A stretch of DNA of 20,000 nt from an uncultured virus (IMG/VR IMGVR_UViG_3300005253_000382) (IMGVR_UViG_3300005253_000382:46102-66101); one strand, 5' to 3'; shown: positions 8,416 through 16,987, counted from the stretch's first letter. Numbers and translations are program-made. Notes: generated by a model from the letters alone, not told the origin.

Positions 8416-8609
8416 TATTTTGTATACCTCTCAATGACTTCACAAGGTTTACCCTGATAGCATCTGTGGATATTACATGATGGTCTTATTCCATTAACAA
8501 TCTTAGTCTTAGAAACCTCTGCCTTCCTTTTGCCAAAGACTGACCTCGCCTCTGGTTCTGTATCAAAATCTTCGTTAGGTTTGCCATCCATCATTACTCT
8601 GTATTTCAT
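8415..8609 (-). CDS. Small hypothetical protein (64 aa) with a C-x2-H-x-C-x5-C-like cluster
   Basis: ORF track; GGGGGG SD-like run; overlap-coupled on both sides; 'SCNIHRCYQGKPC'. Confidence 0.7.
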   Translation of the reverse strand: MKYRVMMDGKPNEDFDTEPEARSVFGKRKAEVSKTKIVNGIRPSCNIHRCYQGKPCEVIERYTK

Positions 8610-9394
8610 CTATACCCCCCCTTGGTAGCTAGGAAAATACCTCGGATTGTATTAGAAGGTAGAGGCTTATCGTAAATTATAACCTCTCCTATCTTTCCTC
8701 CGAACATGAGGACTGAGGTAGCTCTTCTTAAAGTTCCAACAGCAAAACTATCCCGCAAATCAGTATCAGCAAACCAATCTCCGTTGTTAGCACCTCCGAT
8801 AACAGTTAACGTTCCTTCATCTAAACCATCTATCAAGATTGAGTAGGCTGTGCCATTAGATACCAACGCCCCAAGATGCCAAGTATCGTCCCTAACATCT
8901 GTTACACCACGAAGTTCGTCATTGGTATCCGCATTTCGTTGCTGCACAACAAGTAATCCACTACTATTTATCTCTAAGAAAAGGTAATTAGCATTAGGCC
9001 CAGCCTCATCTGACGAACTAAAAAGACAACCAGATGTGCCCGATATGCAATTAAACCATACCAAGATTGTACCCGCAGAGTCACCGCTTCTAAAGTTAGC
9101 TACAGTGGTAAAGACCTCATCGTCAACGTCATCAAAACTTAACACCCGTTTCCCACTGTCTGAGATAGCCCAAGTAGCCCCGTCAATGGTACCGTGATTT
9201 TCAAATTTAGTTTTATCAAACCAAAAAAAGGGGTTTGGTTCGTGTAGGGGAGATACAAGATGTAGCACCTCGGCTTTAGCTAAATTGGTACTAGGGGAGT
9301 ATAGGTCGTCAATAGCATAACTAGCCACGCCCTTACTAAAGTCACGGCTCACGCTGCCTATCTGGTTAGGTCTTATGATATGTGATTGTACCAT
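8606..9394 (-). CDS. LamG / concanavalin A-like jelly-roll virion protein
   Basis: 'NHGTIDGATW', 'LSFDDVDD', 'GTILVWF', 'DDTWHLGALV', 'ILIDG', 'FGGKIGEVIIYDKPL' follow the Laminin_G_3 pattern. Confidence 0.85.
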   Translation of the reverse strand: MVQSHIIRPNQIGSVSRDFSKGVASYAIDDLYSPSTNLAKAEVLHLVSPLHEPNPFFWFDKTKFENHGTIDGATWAISDSGKRVLSFDDVDDEVFTTVANFRSGDSAGTILVWFNCISGTSGCLFSSSDEAGPNANYLFLEINSSGLLVVQQRNADTNDELRGVTDVRDDTWHLGALVSNGTAYSILIDGLDEGTLTVIGGANNGDWFADTDLRDSFAVGTLRRATSVLMFGGKIGEVIIYDKPLPSNTIRGIFLATKGGYR

Positions 9395-9403
9395 TCCTTC
9401 TCC

Positions 9404-10036
9404 TTACAACGATGTTATGAGGGCTGCCCTTGCGACTATAGGCTGTGTTCCAGAGCTATTGTTGTTATTGACAATCACTCTCACCCTCGTTACCGCTTCC
9501 AGGTCAGCAGAAACTACGAAATGTTCACCACCACCAAATATACCGGTATCCGAAGCATGGTCGAATCTGGTAGCATCCTGAACACTGAACGAGGCTGTGC
9601 CTGCTATGGCAGTCGCCCTAACCCACTCAATTGTCCCACTTGTAAAGCAGATAATATCACCCAAGACCATAGCAGTTCCACTGGTGATTTTGACCACTGA
9701 TGTACCGATAGCAACATCAGATGAAGCGGCTGCTGAAGCTGCCACCGCCGACCCCGCTACCAAGGAAGCAATAGGTCTCCACGTGTCATTGTCCGCAGAC
9801 TCTGCCGATACCTCTATCCNNNNNNNNNNNNNNNNNNNNNNNNNNNNNNNNNNAGCGTCAGATGTGTATAAGAGACAGGTCTCAATAGTCTCCGTGTTAC
9901 TAACAGCTACCGTCCCCGCAGCAACTGTGCTGGCAACCGCAATAACCTTCATGGCATCAACGGTCTCATCAAACATATCATCGCCGTCACCGGTATATGG
10001 CGTTCTCCCTGGATACTTCCTAAAATTATTAACCAT
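9404..10036 (-). CDS. Putative virion structural protein, Ala/Ser/Thr-rich, interrupted by an assembly gap
   Basis: SD AGGAGGT. The frame is consistent on both sides of the N run, but the internal 'CLLYTSDA' is translated adapter, so the true length is unknown. Confidence 0.6.
   Translation of the reverse strand: MVNNFRKYPGRTPYTGDGDDMFDETVDAMKVIAVASTVAAGTVAVSNTETIETCLLYTSDAXXXXXXXXXXXXIEVSAESADNDTWRPIASLVAGSAVAASAAASSDVAIGTSVVKITSGTAMVLGDIICFTSGTIEWVRATAIAGTASFSVQDATRFDHASDTGIFGGGEHFVVSADLEAVTRVRVIVNNNNSSGTQPIVARAALITSL
9820..9878 (+). other. Scaffold gap (34 N) followed by a Nextera/Tn5 adapter remnant; artefact
   Basis: 9854-9878 AGCGTCAGATGTGTATAAGAGACAG is the 3' part of the Nextera read-1 adapter, including the 19-bp Tn5 mosaic end. 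Confidence 0.98.
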
Positions 10037-10380
10037 TACTTACCTCCTGAAGGATAAAACGCTTGTCTCCATTTCTTGTGTCCTACGCTCATAAGTTTCC
10101 CTCCCTGTGCTCTGATTCCCATTAGTCGTCTGAGTTCCTTCCGAGCCTCTTCGACTTTCCTTCTCTTTTCGTAATCCTCTTCGGCTGCATCGCAAACAGA
10201 CTGAACATAAGCCTCATCCGTAATGCCCTGTTTAGAAAGTTCCAGCCGGACAATATCGTCTAGCTCACTCCTCTCCATCTTATAAAAAGGCACCACCAGA
10301 GAAGGGCTGTCTTTAGTCTGCCCTAATGGAATGTATAATCCTAATCTCTCGGAGTCACGCTGAAAGGATAGATTAGCCAT
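10036..10380 (-). CDS. Hypothetical protein (114 aa)
   Basis: ORF track; SD GGAGGT; overlaps both neighbours. Confidence 0.75.
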   Translation of the reverse strand: MANLSFQRDSERLGLYIPLGQTKDSPSLVVPFYKMERSELDDIVRLELSKQGITDEAYVQSVCDAAEEDYEKRRKVEEARKELRRLMGIRAQGGKLMSVGHKKWRQAFYPSGGK

Positions 10381-10738
10381 TATTTACCTCCGGCAGTGTA
10401 CCAGGACTTTGATATGCTTTCCTGGTCTGCCTCTTTTTATCCACATTGACAGTATCAGCGATTATTTGTTCGGCAGTTCGTTCTGCCTTCACACGTTTTG
10501 CCTCTCTAGCCTTAACTAAATTCTCGACCCTTTGCTTTCTTAACAAGTCAAGTGGCGTCTCTTGCGTTACTACGGCAGCCACGCTTCCAGACTCCTCATT
10601 GTAAGCCTTACGGCCTGCCTCAAGGAACCCCGTAGTCTGTCCATAGATACGGTTTTCTGAGACCTTTACATCCTTATTTAATCTCCGTATTTCAGAACTC
10701 GGCATATCCTTTATCTGTGAGTTAAAATATTTTCCCAT
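10373..10738 (-). CDS. Hypothetical basic/helical protein (121 aa)
   Basis: ORF track; AAGGGGGA upstream; abuts the previous stop. Confidence 0.7.
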   Translation of the reverse strand: MGKYFNSQIKDMPSSEIRRLNKDVKVSENRIYGQTTGFLEAGRKAYNEESGSVAAVVTQETPLDLLRKQRVENLVKAREAKRVKAERTAEQIIADTVNVDKKRQTRKAYQSPGTLPEVNNG

Positions 10739-10933
10739 TTACGATTTCCCCCTTAATACATTCCTTATTCGACACAAGTCCTCGATTGCCCCAATCACCT
10801 CATTTTCCTCTTCCCACTTCTCAACTACCTTTTGTTCAAAACAAGAATGACAGGCCAGAGTAACGGTAGATGGGTTGGTTAAATCATAGGGTACAAATCC
10901 CGATACTGCATACCAATCGTGACAACAAGTCAT
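10739..10933 (-). CDS. Small putative Zn-binding protein (64 aa)
   Basis: 'CCHDW...CHSC'; SD AGGAGGAGG; ATGA overlap with the upstream mini-gene. Confidence 0.7.
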   Translation of the reverse strand: MTCCHDWYAVSGFVPYDLTNPSTVTLACHSCFEQKVVEKWEEENEVIGAIEDLCRIRNVLRGKS

Positions 10934-11046
10934 TCCTCCTCCTTATCAGGTATCTCCCCTACTCCATGACAGGTTTTACAAAGAATTCCTGAATGGTCTG
11001 GAACAAGCCATTTCCAACCTTGCCCATCGCAATCGGGACACTTCAT
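10930..11046 (-). CDS. 38-aa stand-alone DnaJ-type zinc finger MKCPDCDGQGWKWLVPDHSGILCKTCHGVGEIPDKEEE
   Basis: Manual translation; two CxxCxGxG motifs; SD GGAGG; ATGA overlaps at both ends. Confidence 0.85.
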   Translation of the reverse strand: MKCPDCDGQGWKWLVPDHSGILCKTCHGVGEIPDKEEE

Positions 11047-11522
11047 TTCTTAGCCTCCAACAGCTTCATTAGTTCCTTGTTCTGTTCGATTAGTGAGTGT
11101 ACATCACCTTTGAGTTCCAGGAATTCAGTTCGTAGTTCTTCTGTTTCCTTGGCTGCCTCCATTGCTTCACCCTGCTGCCTTTCCTTCGCCCACTTCTCCC
11201 ACTCCGCAGCCTTAGTTTTCTTTCCAAGGATACAGGCATCTACCTCTTCCTGTGTATCGTGCCAGTTATCGCACCCATCACAGTGAGGTTTTAATTCAGT
11301 AGGCATAACAGGCAACCACCCCTTATCATAGTTGGCATCCCTCGTCCCCGATTCTATAACCTTGCCATCCTGTTTAACCACATAATCCCTGATAGCGGGG
11401 ATTGCTCTCATTTTCCGTCCATCTGGTGTGAAATAGGTCTGCCTCCCTATCCCACCAATATCACCACTAATACCATATCCAGACCTTTCAATCCCTTCTT
11501 TAGCCTGCTCAGAAATAGTCAT
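11043..11522 (-). CDS. Hypothetical protein with a CxxCxxxH...C cluster and C-terminal coiled coil
   Basis: 159 aa; 'HCDGCDNWHDTQEEVDAC'; SD GGAGG; ATGA overlap. Confidence 0.75.
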   Translation of the reverse strand: MTISEQAKEGIERSGYGISGDIGGIGRQTYFTPDGRKMRAIPAIRDYVVKQDGKVIESGTRDANYDKGWLPVMPTELKPHCDGCDNWHDTQEEVDACILGKKTKAAEWEKWAKERQQGEAMEAAKETEELRTEFLELKGDVHSLIEQNKELMKLLEAKK

Positions 11523-13102
11523 GCTGCCTCCAATTTGATTTTGATTCTCTTATTACATTGATGGCAACTCGTACCTAATTGATGTAACCCTGCTTCTTTA
11601 TTAGCTACTTGCCGATACATTAAATCCTCTCCGCAATGGGGACATACAGCAAATATCTGATAAGCACGGAATCCATTATTCAACATAGGGCTTTCAGACT
11701 GTGGTTCCTCAATAACATTTACAGCAGTAGTCGATTCAGCCATCATCCAGGTCTGCTCCAATCTCATAATAAACTGCATCCACTGCCCGAATAAGGGGTT
11801 AGGCATTGCAGTCATATTGTAATTAACCTCATCAATCATCTCGTAATATTGCTCTTTATCAGGAATAATTCCCTTCTCGATAGAGTATTCAAATATCTTA
11901 CACCCCGGATAAGGGATAACCATAGCCAGAAACACCAATGACTGCTGACAATACTTTGCCCAGAAGTCCAACGTTTCCTGTATGGTTTCTTCAGTCTCAG
12001 CAGGGTCTCCAAATAAAAGATTCCCTCCAAAACCTATTCCGACTTCCTTAGCTAAACTTATGGCCTCGATGAATTGACCAACATTAGCCTTCTTATTCAT
12101 ACTCTTTAAGACTATAGGAGATGCACTCTCTATCCCATAAGAGAAGAAATAACAACCGGCTTTCTTAGCCAACTCCAATGATTCCCTGTCTAGCTTGGCA
12201 TTAGCATGAGTCTGAAACATCCAGTCAAAGTCCCAGCCGTATTTCTCTTTATTCTTAATCAAAGCATTGCAAAAGTCCTTCATACGCTTCTTGTTAGTAG
12301 CAAACAACTCATCACCGATAATCAAAATATTAAAGTTATACTTCTTGTAAAGCTGTTTAATCTCAGCCATGATGTTTTTAATCGACCTGGCTCTATACTT
12401 CGGACCACCTGAATGAACACAGAAGGAGCAATTAAAAGGACACGACCTTGCTGTGTTAATCGTCATCGGTCTGGGGTAAGGACGGGAATATTTATATAAG
12501 ACTCTGGTAGACATTGAATAATCATCCAGCATCCCCTGAATCCCGAAAGGTTCATAATCAGGGAATGCCCGGTCATCCAAGTTCCCATAATCATAGTTAG
12601 TCTCATTAAACACTGCCCCATCATCTGTCCAGTAAGCCAGATTATCAATACCTCTAGGGTGTCCTTCTGTTTTAAGTATATCAACCAGTTTAACTATCGC
12701 CTCTTCACCCTCACCCCAAATACCGAAGTCAGGTTTCAGGAGATTAAAAATAAACTCTTTGTCGTTATTTACAATCCCGCCACCTAAGACTATCGAGACA
12801 GAAGAACACTTCCTGATAACATCGATTGCGTCTTTCAAGAATGAATAATCCGTGCAAAGCCCACCCAAACCTACCAGGTCAGGCTGTTCTCTCTCAAGCG
12901 TTTGCTGTAACTCATTAGCTATCCTGAGAAACGGAGACGGGTACTTGGTAGCATTGTTCAAGTTTAACCCGATAACTTCATGTCCGGCGTTCTTTAAGGC
13001 TGAAGCAATGTACGCTAACCCGGTCGGGAAGTCGCTCATTGACAAGTAAGTAAAGTTTTTCTTCTTATATTGAAAAGTAGGAACGCATAGGAGTACTTTC
13101 AA
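11519..13102 (-). CDS. B12-binding radical SAM protein with a C-terminal Zn ribbon
   Basis: B12-domain motifs 'PTGLAYIASALKNAGHEV', 'PDLVGLG', 'IVLGG', 'GEGEEAI'; 'ARSCPFNCSFC'; 'YGIESAS'; 'PYPGC'; C-terminal 'CPHC...CHQC'. TTG start. Confidence 0.92.
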   Translation of the reverse strand: MKVLLCVPTFQYKKKNFTYLSMSDFPTGLAYIASALKNAGHEVIGLNLNNATKYPSPFLRIANELQQTLEREQPDLVGLGGLCTDYSFLKDAIDVIRKCSSVSIVLGGGIVNNDKEFIFNLLKPDFGIWGEGEEAIVKLVDILKTEGHPRGIDNLAYWTDDGAVFNETNYDYGNLDDRAFPDYEPFGIQGMLDDYSMSTRVLYKYSRPYPRPMTINTARSCPFNCSFCVHSGGPKYRARSIKNIMAEIKQLYKKYNFNILIIGDELFATNKKRMKDFCNALIKNKEKYGWDFDWMFQTHANAKLDRESLELAKKAGCYFFSYGIESASPIVLKSMNKKANVGQFIEAISLAKEVGIGFGGNLLFGDPAETEETIQETLDFWAKYCQQSLVFLAMVIPYPGCKIFEYSIEKGIIPDKEQYYEMIDEVNYNMTAMPNPLFGQWMQFIMRLEQTWMMAESTTAVNVIEEPQSESPMLNNGFRAYQIFAVCPHCGEDLMYRQVANKEAGLHQLGTSCHQCNKRIKIKLEAA

Positions 13103-13665
13103 CTTACTAATTCCTTTGTTTTAATTTGCCATTGCAACAATCTAATTTCGTTCTTTAACTCTCGCAATTGATTCGATTGACCATCAAGGTATCCTTGTTG
13201 ATAGCCATCTCGATAGCCTTTACTATGACTCAGGGAATGACTCCCATTTGTAGAGAGTTGCAGGTTTTCGATACGGTTGTCATCTTTAATGCCGTTCTTG
13301 TGGTGGACTATTTCCCACCTATGAAGACATCTACCAAGATGCTTTGCCATTACAAGGCGATGTTCAAGGACATAAACTCGCTTACCCGACATTGGATAAA
13401 AGAAATCATCCGATGCAACATAAATACGTATATAGCCTTGAGTATTTAACACACGGCCACCTTTCCAAAGATGGCAATCTTTCCCACGATTATGTAGACG
13501 AATCTTAGCACTACAACTACCACATCGAGGTGTTAAAGGTTTGCCTTTGCATAAAGTAACCCATCGTTCTCTCTGGCAATTAGGGCAAGCAGTCCAAATA
13601 CGTGCAGTATTGTGCTTATATCCCAACTCTCGTCCATACTTGATAGAACCTAAAAGTATCTTCAT
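13099..13665 (-). CDS. Free-standing HNH endonuclease (HNH_3-like) with an N-terminal Zn ribbon
   Basis: 'EHRLVMAKHLGRCLHRWEIVHHKNGIKDDNRIENL', 'WKGGR...GY', 'CPNC...CGSC'; 4-nt overlaps with both neighbours. Confidence 0.93.
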   Translation of the reverse strand: MKILLGSIKYGRELGYKHNTARIWTACPNCQRERWVTLCKGKPLTPRCGSCSAKIRLHNRGKDCHLWKGGRVLNTQGYIRIYVASDDFFYPMSGKRVYVLEHRLVMAKHLGRCLHRWEIVHHKNGIKDDNRIENLQLSTNGSHSLSHSKGYRDGYQQGYLDGQSNQLRELKNEIRLLQWQIKTKELVS

Positions 13666-14480
13666 TGGCCTATTCCAGGGATGGTGTGGATAAGGTCTAT
13701 CTCATTCACATCCTCCACACTCTTTTGGAACTCCTCGTAGAATCCCCATCTCTTATAAAATGTAATCATGTTCTCTGCGTTGAGTTCTTTCCCATCTAAA
13801 GTGTTATCCATCCTCGTAGCCTTCGGTGCGTGATAACCTACTCCATACCCGCAGTAAAATATATCCCATCCCTTATCTTTGACTACAAAGCAGTTATCTA
13901 TATCGTCTACACCCTTGAATCCGTTAAATAAATCCTCATCGAGATTTCCCTCAACCGCTTCCTTTCTTAAGAGAGCGAAAGCCCACTGGCAGGCATCCAC
14001 TTGATAAATACCTGTTAATCTGTGAGATGGTAAATCTCTCCCAATATCACAAGGAAGCCACTTATTCATCCTTATCCCAGCACTTTCAATAAGCCCTGTA
14101 GAGGGGTACAAGCACTTGAATCCGATAACCCCTATCTTGGGGTTTGATTCCATAAGTTTAAGGGCTTCAATCTCCCACTCAGGCTCTACGGTTACACTAT
14201 TCATTACAGTAGCCAGGTAGGGTGTTTTCATATGAGAGATTGCGATATTGAAGAATTGATTGCCGGATTTATACGGCTCATCTGAATGTATGAAAGTTAT
14301 GTTTCCATTACGCTGTTTCAGATCAGCCATATATAAGACGGTTAAATCCGTAGAGTCATCGACAACAATAAGATGGAAAGGAGAAGGTGTACAAAGATAA
14401 AGCCTCTCAATACACTTAACAGTTAGTTCAAGGTGTCCGTGTGTTGGTATTAATATATCCAGTTTATACTCATCCATCAC
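13662..14480 (-). CDS. Glycosyltransferase family 2 (GT-A fold)
   Basis: 'LDILIPT...LTVKCIERL...LIVVDDSTD', 'IGVIGFK...IESAG', 'GVDDIDNCF...GWDIFY...YH' follow the WbbL-like GT2 layout. Confidence 0.9.
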   Translation of the reverse strand: MMDEYKLDILIPTHGHLELTVKCIERLYLCTPSPFHLIVVDDSTDLTVLYMADLKQRNGNITFIHSDEPYKSGNQFFNIAISHMKTPYLATVMNSVTVEPEWEIEALKLMESNPKIGVIGFKCLYPSTGLIESAGIRMNKWLPCDIGRDLPSHRLTGIYQVDACQWAFALLRKEAVEGNLDEDLFNGFKGVDDIDNCFVVKDKGWDIFYCGYGVGYHAPKATRMDNTLDGKELNAENMITFYKRWGFYEEFQKSVEDVNEIDLIHTIPGIGQ

Positions 14481-14502
14481 TCCGCCACATCCTCCTTTTC
14501 TT

Positions 14503-14526
14503 GGGAGGGGCTTTTACACCCCTCCC
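14503..14526 (-). promoter_or_regulatory. 8-bp GC-rich stem-loop after the decoration-like gene, without a U-tract
   Basis: Minus strand GGGAGGGG-TGTAAAAG-CCCCTCCC followed by AAGAAAAGGAGG. Confidence 0.6.
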
Positions 14527-14532
14527 CATAAT

Positions 14533-15324
14533 CTATTCCAGGTTCAAGTTCATCATGCCAAAGTTTTCAGCCGTTCCAGCAGCAGTCACGCAGTAACCGA
14601 CCTCAGCTTCAGTAGCCCACGACAGATTGTTAGCCGAAGCAGCGGCAAACCAAACACTGAAGGCACCAGCAGCTTGTGTAGCTGCAACTACAGGTAAGCC
14701 AACAACAGCCAAAGTAGCTGAAGCGAAGTACGCAACGTAACCCCTTCTCTGAATCCAACCGAAGGAATTGGCAGGGATAGCAGTAGGCGGAACACCCGCC
14801 AAAGCACCAACCCTGACTGTATCAGCAGTAGTGAGTAGTACATTCTTGTACTCATTCTGCCTTAAACCAGTCTTGGTAGTACCCCCTGCTATTGCAGTCT
14901 TGACGGGGTCACTCTGGTAAAGCGTGATACTGGCAGCAGCCGAACCGGCAGCAGCCGAACCATTAGCCCTTACCTTATAGACCTCGCCAACGCCACCACC
15001 GGCACTTGAGGCAGTGGTGAAGTAGCCATCCTCAAACTGGTCTTTAGTAACAGCCGTAGTCCCGCCAGTAGTAATAGTGATAGCGGTAGCCCCAACAACT
15101 GCACTACCTGTCACCAGTTGCTGTTGATACATAGTATCAGCAACCTGAGCCTCACCCTGATAAAGTTTACCAGCAATAAGCGCAGTGGCAGATGCCTGTA
15201 CGTGACGAAATATCCGTCCGTCTGGCAATTCCATTCTGGTTCCAAGAGGTAAGCCACCAATCTTAGCTGCAGCCGTTACCTTCTCATCCCCAAAACTTCC
15301 GTAAACCGTACTTGGATAACTCAT
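14533..15324 (-). CDS. Putative capsid decoration/cement protein
   Basis: 263 aa, Ala/Gly/Thr-rich, directly after the capsid gene with SD AAGGAGG. 'LGTRMELPDGRIFRHV' and 'FGWIQRRG' resemble proteins commonly found after capsid genes. Confidence 0.7.
   Translation of the reverse strand: MSYPSTVYGSFGDEKVTAAAKIGGLPLGTRMELPDGRIFRHVQASATALIAGKLYQGEAQVADTMYQQQLVTGSAVVGATAITITTGGTTAVTKDQFEDGYFTTASSAGGGVGEVYKVRANGSAAAGSAAASITLYQSDPVKTAIAGGTTKTGLRQNEYKNVLLTTADTVRVGALAGVPPTAIPANSFGWIQRRGYVAYFASATLAVVGLPVVAATQAAGAFSVWFAAASANNLSWATEAEVGYCVTAAGTAENFGMMNLNLE
14932..14961. repeat. Exact 2 x 15-bp in-frame tandem repeat encoding GSAAA-GSAAA
   Basis: ggcagcagccgaacc at 14932-14946 and 14947-14961. Confidence 0.9.
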
Positions 15325-15334
15325 TTATTCCTCC

Positions 15335-16228
15335 TTATGCAGGTGTAGTGGCATCATTGAACAGTTCGACTATCCAGCCTGGTAGATACTCACCAACCCC
15401 ATATTCTCCAACGATATTGAGCTCCCACCCTCGTAGGGACGCATCCCTCTCAGGTTCGACCGACCACTCATTTGCAGTTGCTAGTATGATACCTCCACCC
15501 AAACCCGCAGCGAACACTCCACCCTTTCCAGCAGTAGAAGTGGCTATATCCAGGTTGCCATCTTCGACAATCGGCATCCCAAACAGCCTCCCGACACTGT
15601 AGTTCCTTAGAATGTCCTCAGCCCCACCACTCCATGCACCGGCAGCCGAAGCTGACCCAGCGATAGGAACCAGTGGTGTTACAATGTCCACCAAATCGAG
15701 TAAAGTGAACGGGTGGTGAACCATAACGTAGGGCATCGGGGCTGGCCCGCCAGTAGCCGTAGCATTACCCGAAAGTAACGCCCTGCCAGCAGCGATAGCT
15801 CCCATAGTCAGGGCTGTTGAACTACCACCAATGGACTCAGTAGCATCGTCTAACTGCCCCAGCAAGTCCTGGTCACGCTTCTTTTCCATTGCATCACCAA
15901 GTATCCTACCAGCAGCAGCCTGGACATCATTCATATTGTCTCTGATCAGTTTATCCGTTAGGATTATCTTGACACCCACTTCAGCAGGAGTAATCTGAAC
16001 ATTGGTATCCTCCATAGCTGAAGCGTTAGTCATATCAACACCTTCGGTCAGACCAACAGCTATGACCTCACCCCAGTAGGGAATGTTGACAGTTTTTCCG
16101 TCTCCTTTTTCCTTGGTGATTTTCCATACTAAAGAAGCCATAACAGCCTTAAACTGTGCCGTAAATCTAGCTTGCTCTATGACTGTTGGGATAGTATCAC
16201 CAAGTTCAGCAGTTGTGGTAATTGTCAT
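15335..16228 (-). CDS. Major capsid protein (HK97-fold)
   Basis: 297 aa; 'GKTVNIP', 'LTEGVD', 'ITPAEVG...LTD', 'GDAMEKKRDQDLL', 'VGRLFGMPIVED', 'ERDASLRGWELNIVGEYGVGE'; SD AAGGAGGT; follows a scaffold-like gene. Confidence 0.88.
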   Translation of the reverse strand: MTITTTAELGDTIPTVIEQARFTAQFKAVMASLVWKITKEKGDGKTVNIPYWGEVIAVGLTEGVDMTNASAMEDTNVQITPAEVGVKIILTDKLIRDNMNDVQAAAGRILGDAMEKKRDQDLLGQLDDATESIGGSSTALTMGAIAAGRALLSGNATATGGPAPMPYVMVHHPFTLLDLVDIVTPLVPIAGSASAAGAWSGGAEDILRNYSVGRLFGMPIVEDGNLDIATSTAGKGGVFAAGLGGGIILATANEWSVEPERDASLRGWELNIVGEYGVGEYLPGWIVELFNDATTPA

Positions 16229-16247
16229 CCAATTACCTCCTTATATT

Positions 16248-16910
16248 TTATCTTCCTTCGCTTGCACGAAGTTCCATATATCTTTCTTTAACTTTAGGGT
16301 CATCAGGATTCTTGATATAATCCTCAATGATTTTCTCCCTGCCTTTACCACCAATCGTCCTATTAGAATCAACTTTAAGGGTTTTCTCCTCACCCTTCTT
16401 GGGAAGCTCTCCAGCTATCTCCTCTATCGCTTCAAGTGACCAGTCTGTACGTTTAGCGAGTTTAACGAGTGACTTCTTGTCTACATTAAGACGTTCAGCT
16501 ACCTCACTTGCAGTTTCTTCTCCTTTTAAGCTAGCTTCTATCTTCTCGTATCCTTGAAGTTTCTCATTTACCTCGTCTCGTTCTAAGGTCATTGATTCAA
16601 GGTTGGATTCAGCCGTTCTGCGTGTTTGCCTTTCTGTGATAGCACTTAACTGCTCGGTATTCCCTTCAGCAGCCTTTATCTCTGCTTCGTCTGATTCCTT
16701 TTGAATCCTGTCTAACCTTGCAGTTATCCTTTGGGAATTACTGATGAGTTTTGCGTTCTCAGTTCTTAATCTACCAACCTCAACTAACCCATCACTTTTT
16801 CCCTTACGCTCTGCTTCCTCAAGTTTCTTGGTAAAAGTCTCGGTGTCCTGTGAAGTCTCCTTTGACTCAACAGAAGTATCGTCCTGCTTCGTCTCTAGTT
16901 CGTCCGGCAT
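16248..16910 (-). CDS. Putative capsid scaffolding protein
   Basis: 220 aa, acidic N-terminus and Glu/Lys-rich coiled coil, directly upstream of the capsid gene; SD AGGAGG. Confidence 0.75.
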   Translation of the reverse strand: MPDELETKQDDTSVESKETSQDTETFTKKLEEAERKGKSDGLVEVGRLRTENAKLISNSQRITARLDRIQKESDEAEIKAAEGNTEQLSAITERQTRRTAESNLESMTLERDEVNEKLQGYEKIEASLKGEETASEVAERLNVDKKSLVKLAKRTDWSLEAIEEIAGELPKKGEEKTLKVDSNRTIGGKGREKIIEDYIKNPDDPKVKERYMELRASEGR

Positions 16911-16933
16911 ATCTCCTCCTATTTTTTGATAAT

Positions 16934-16968
16934 AAAAAAGCCGAATCAGAATTTAATCCAATTCGGCT
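16934..16968 (-). terminator. Intrinsic terminator immediately upstream of scaffold and capsid genes
   Basis: Minus strand AGCCGAATTGGA-TTAAAT-TCTGATTCGGCT followed by TTTTTATT: 8 perfect pairs plus 4 more including G-U, then a U-tract. Confidence 0.85.
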
Positions 16969-16987
16969 ATCGTTCTCGATTAACCTG

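Noticed and set aside
9860..9878. Tn5 mosaic end suggesting a transposon
   Set aside because: It is preceded by Nextera-specific AGCGTC, sits beside an N gap and has no transposase or second end; library artefact.
1791..12684. Nested minus-strand ORFs 1791..2033, 11836..12030 and 12463..12684
   Set aside because: They lie wholly inside longer motif-bearing genes in another frame and show no protein-like features.
13099..13665. Group I intron around the HNH gene
   Set aside because: The HNH overlaps both flanking genes, which look complete; no non-coding sequence is available for an intron core.
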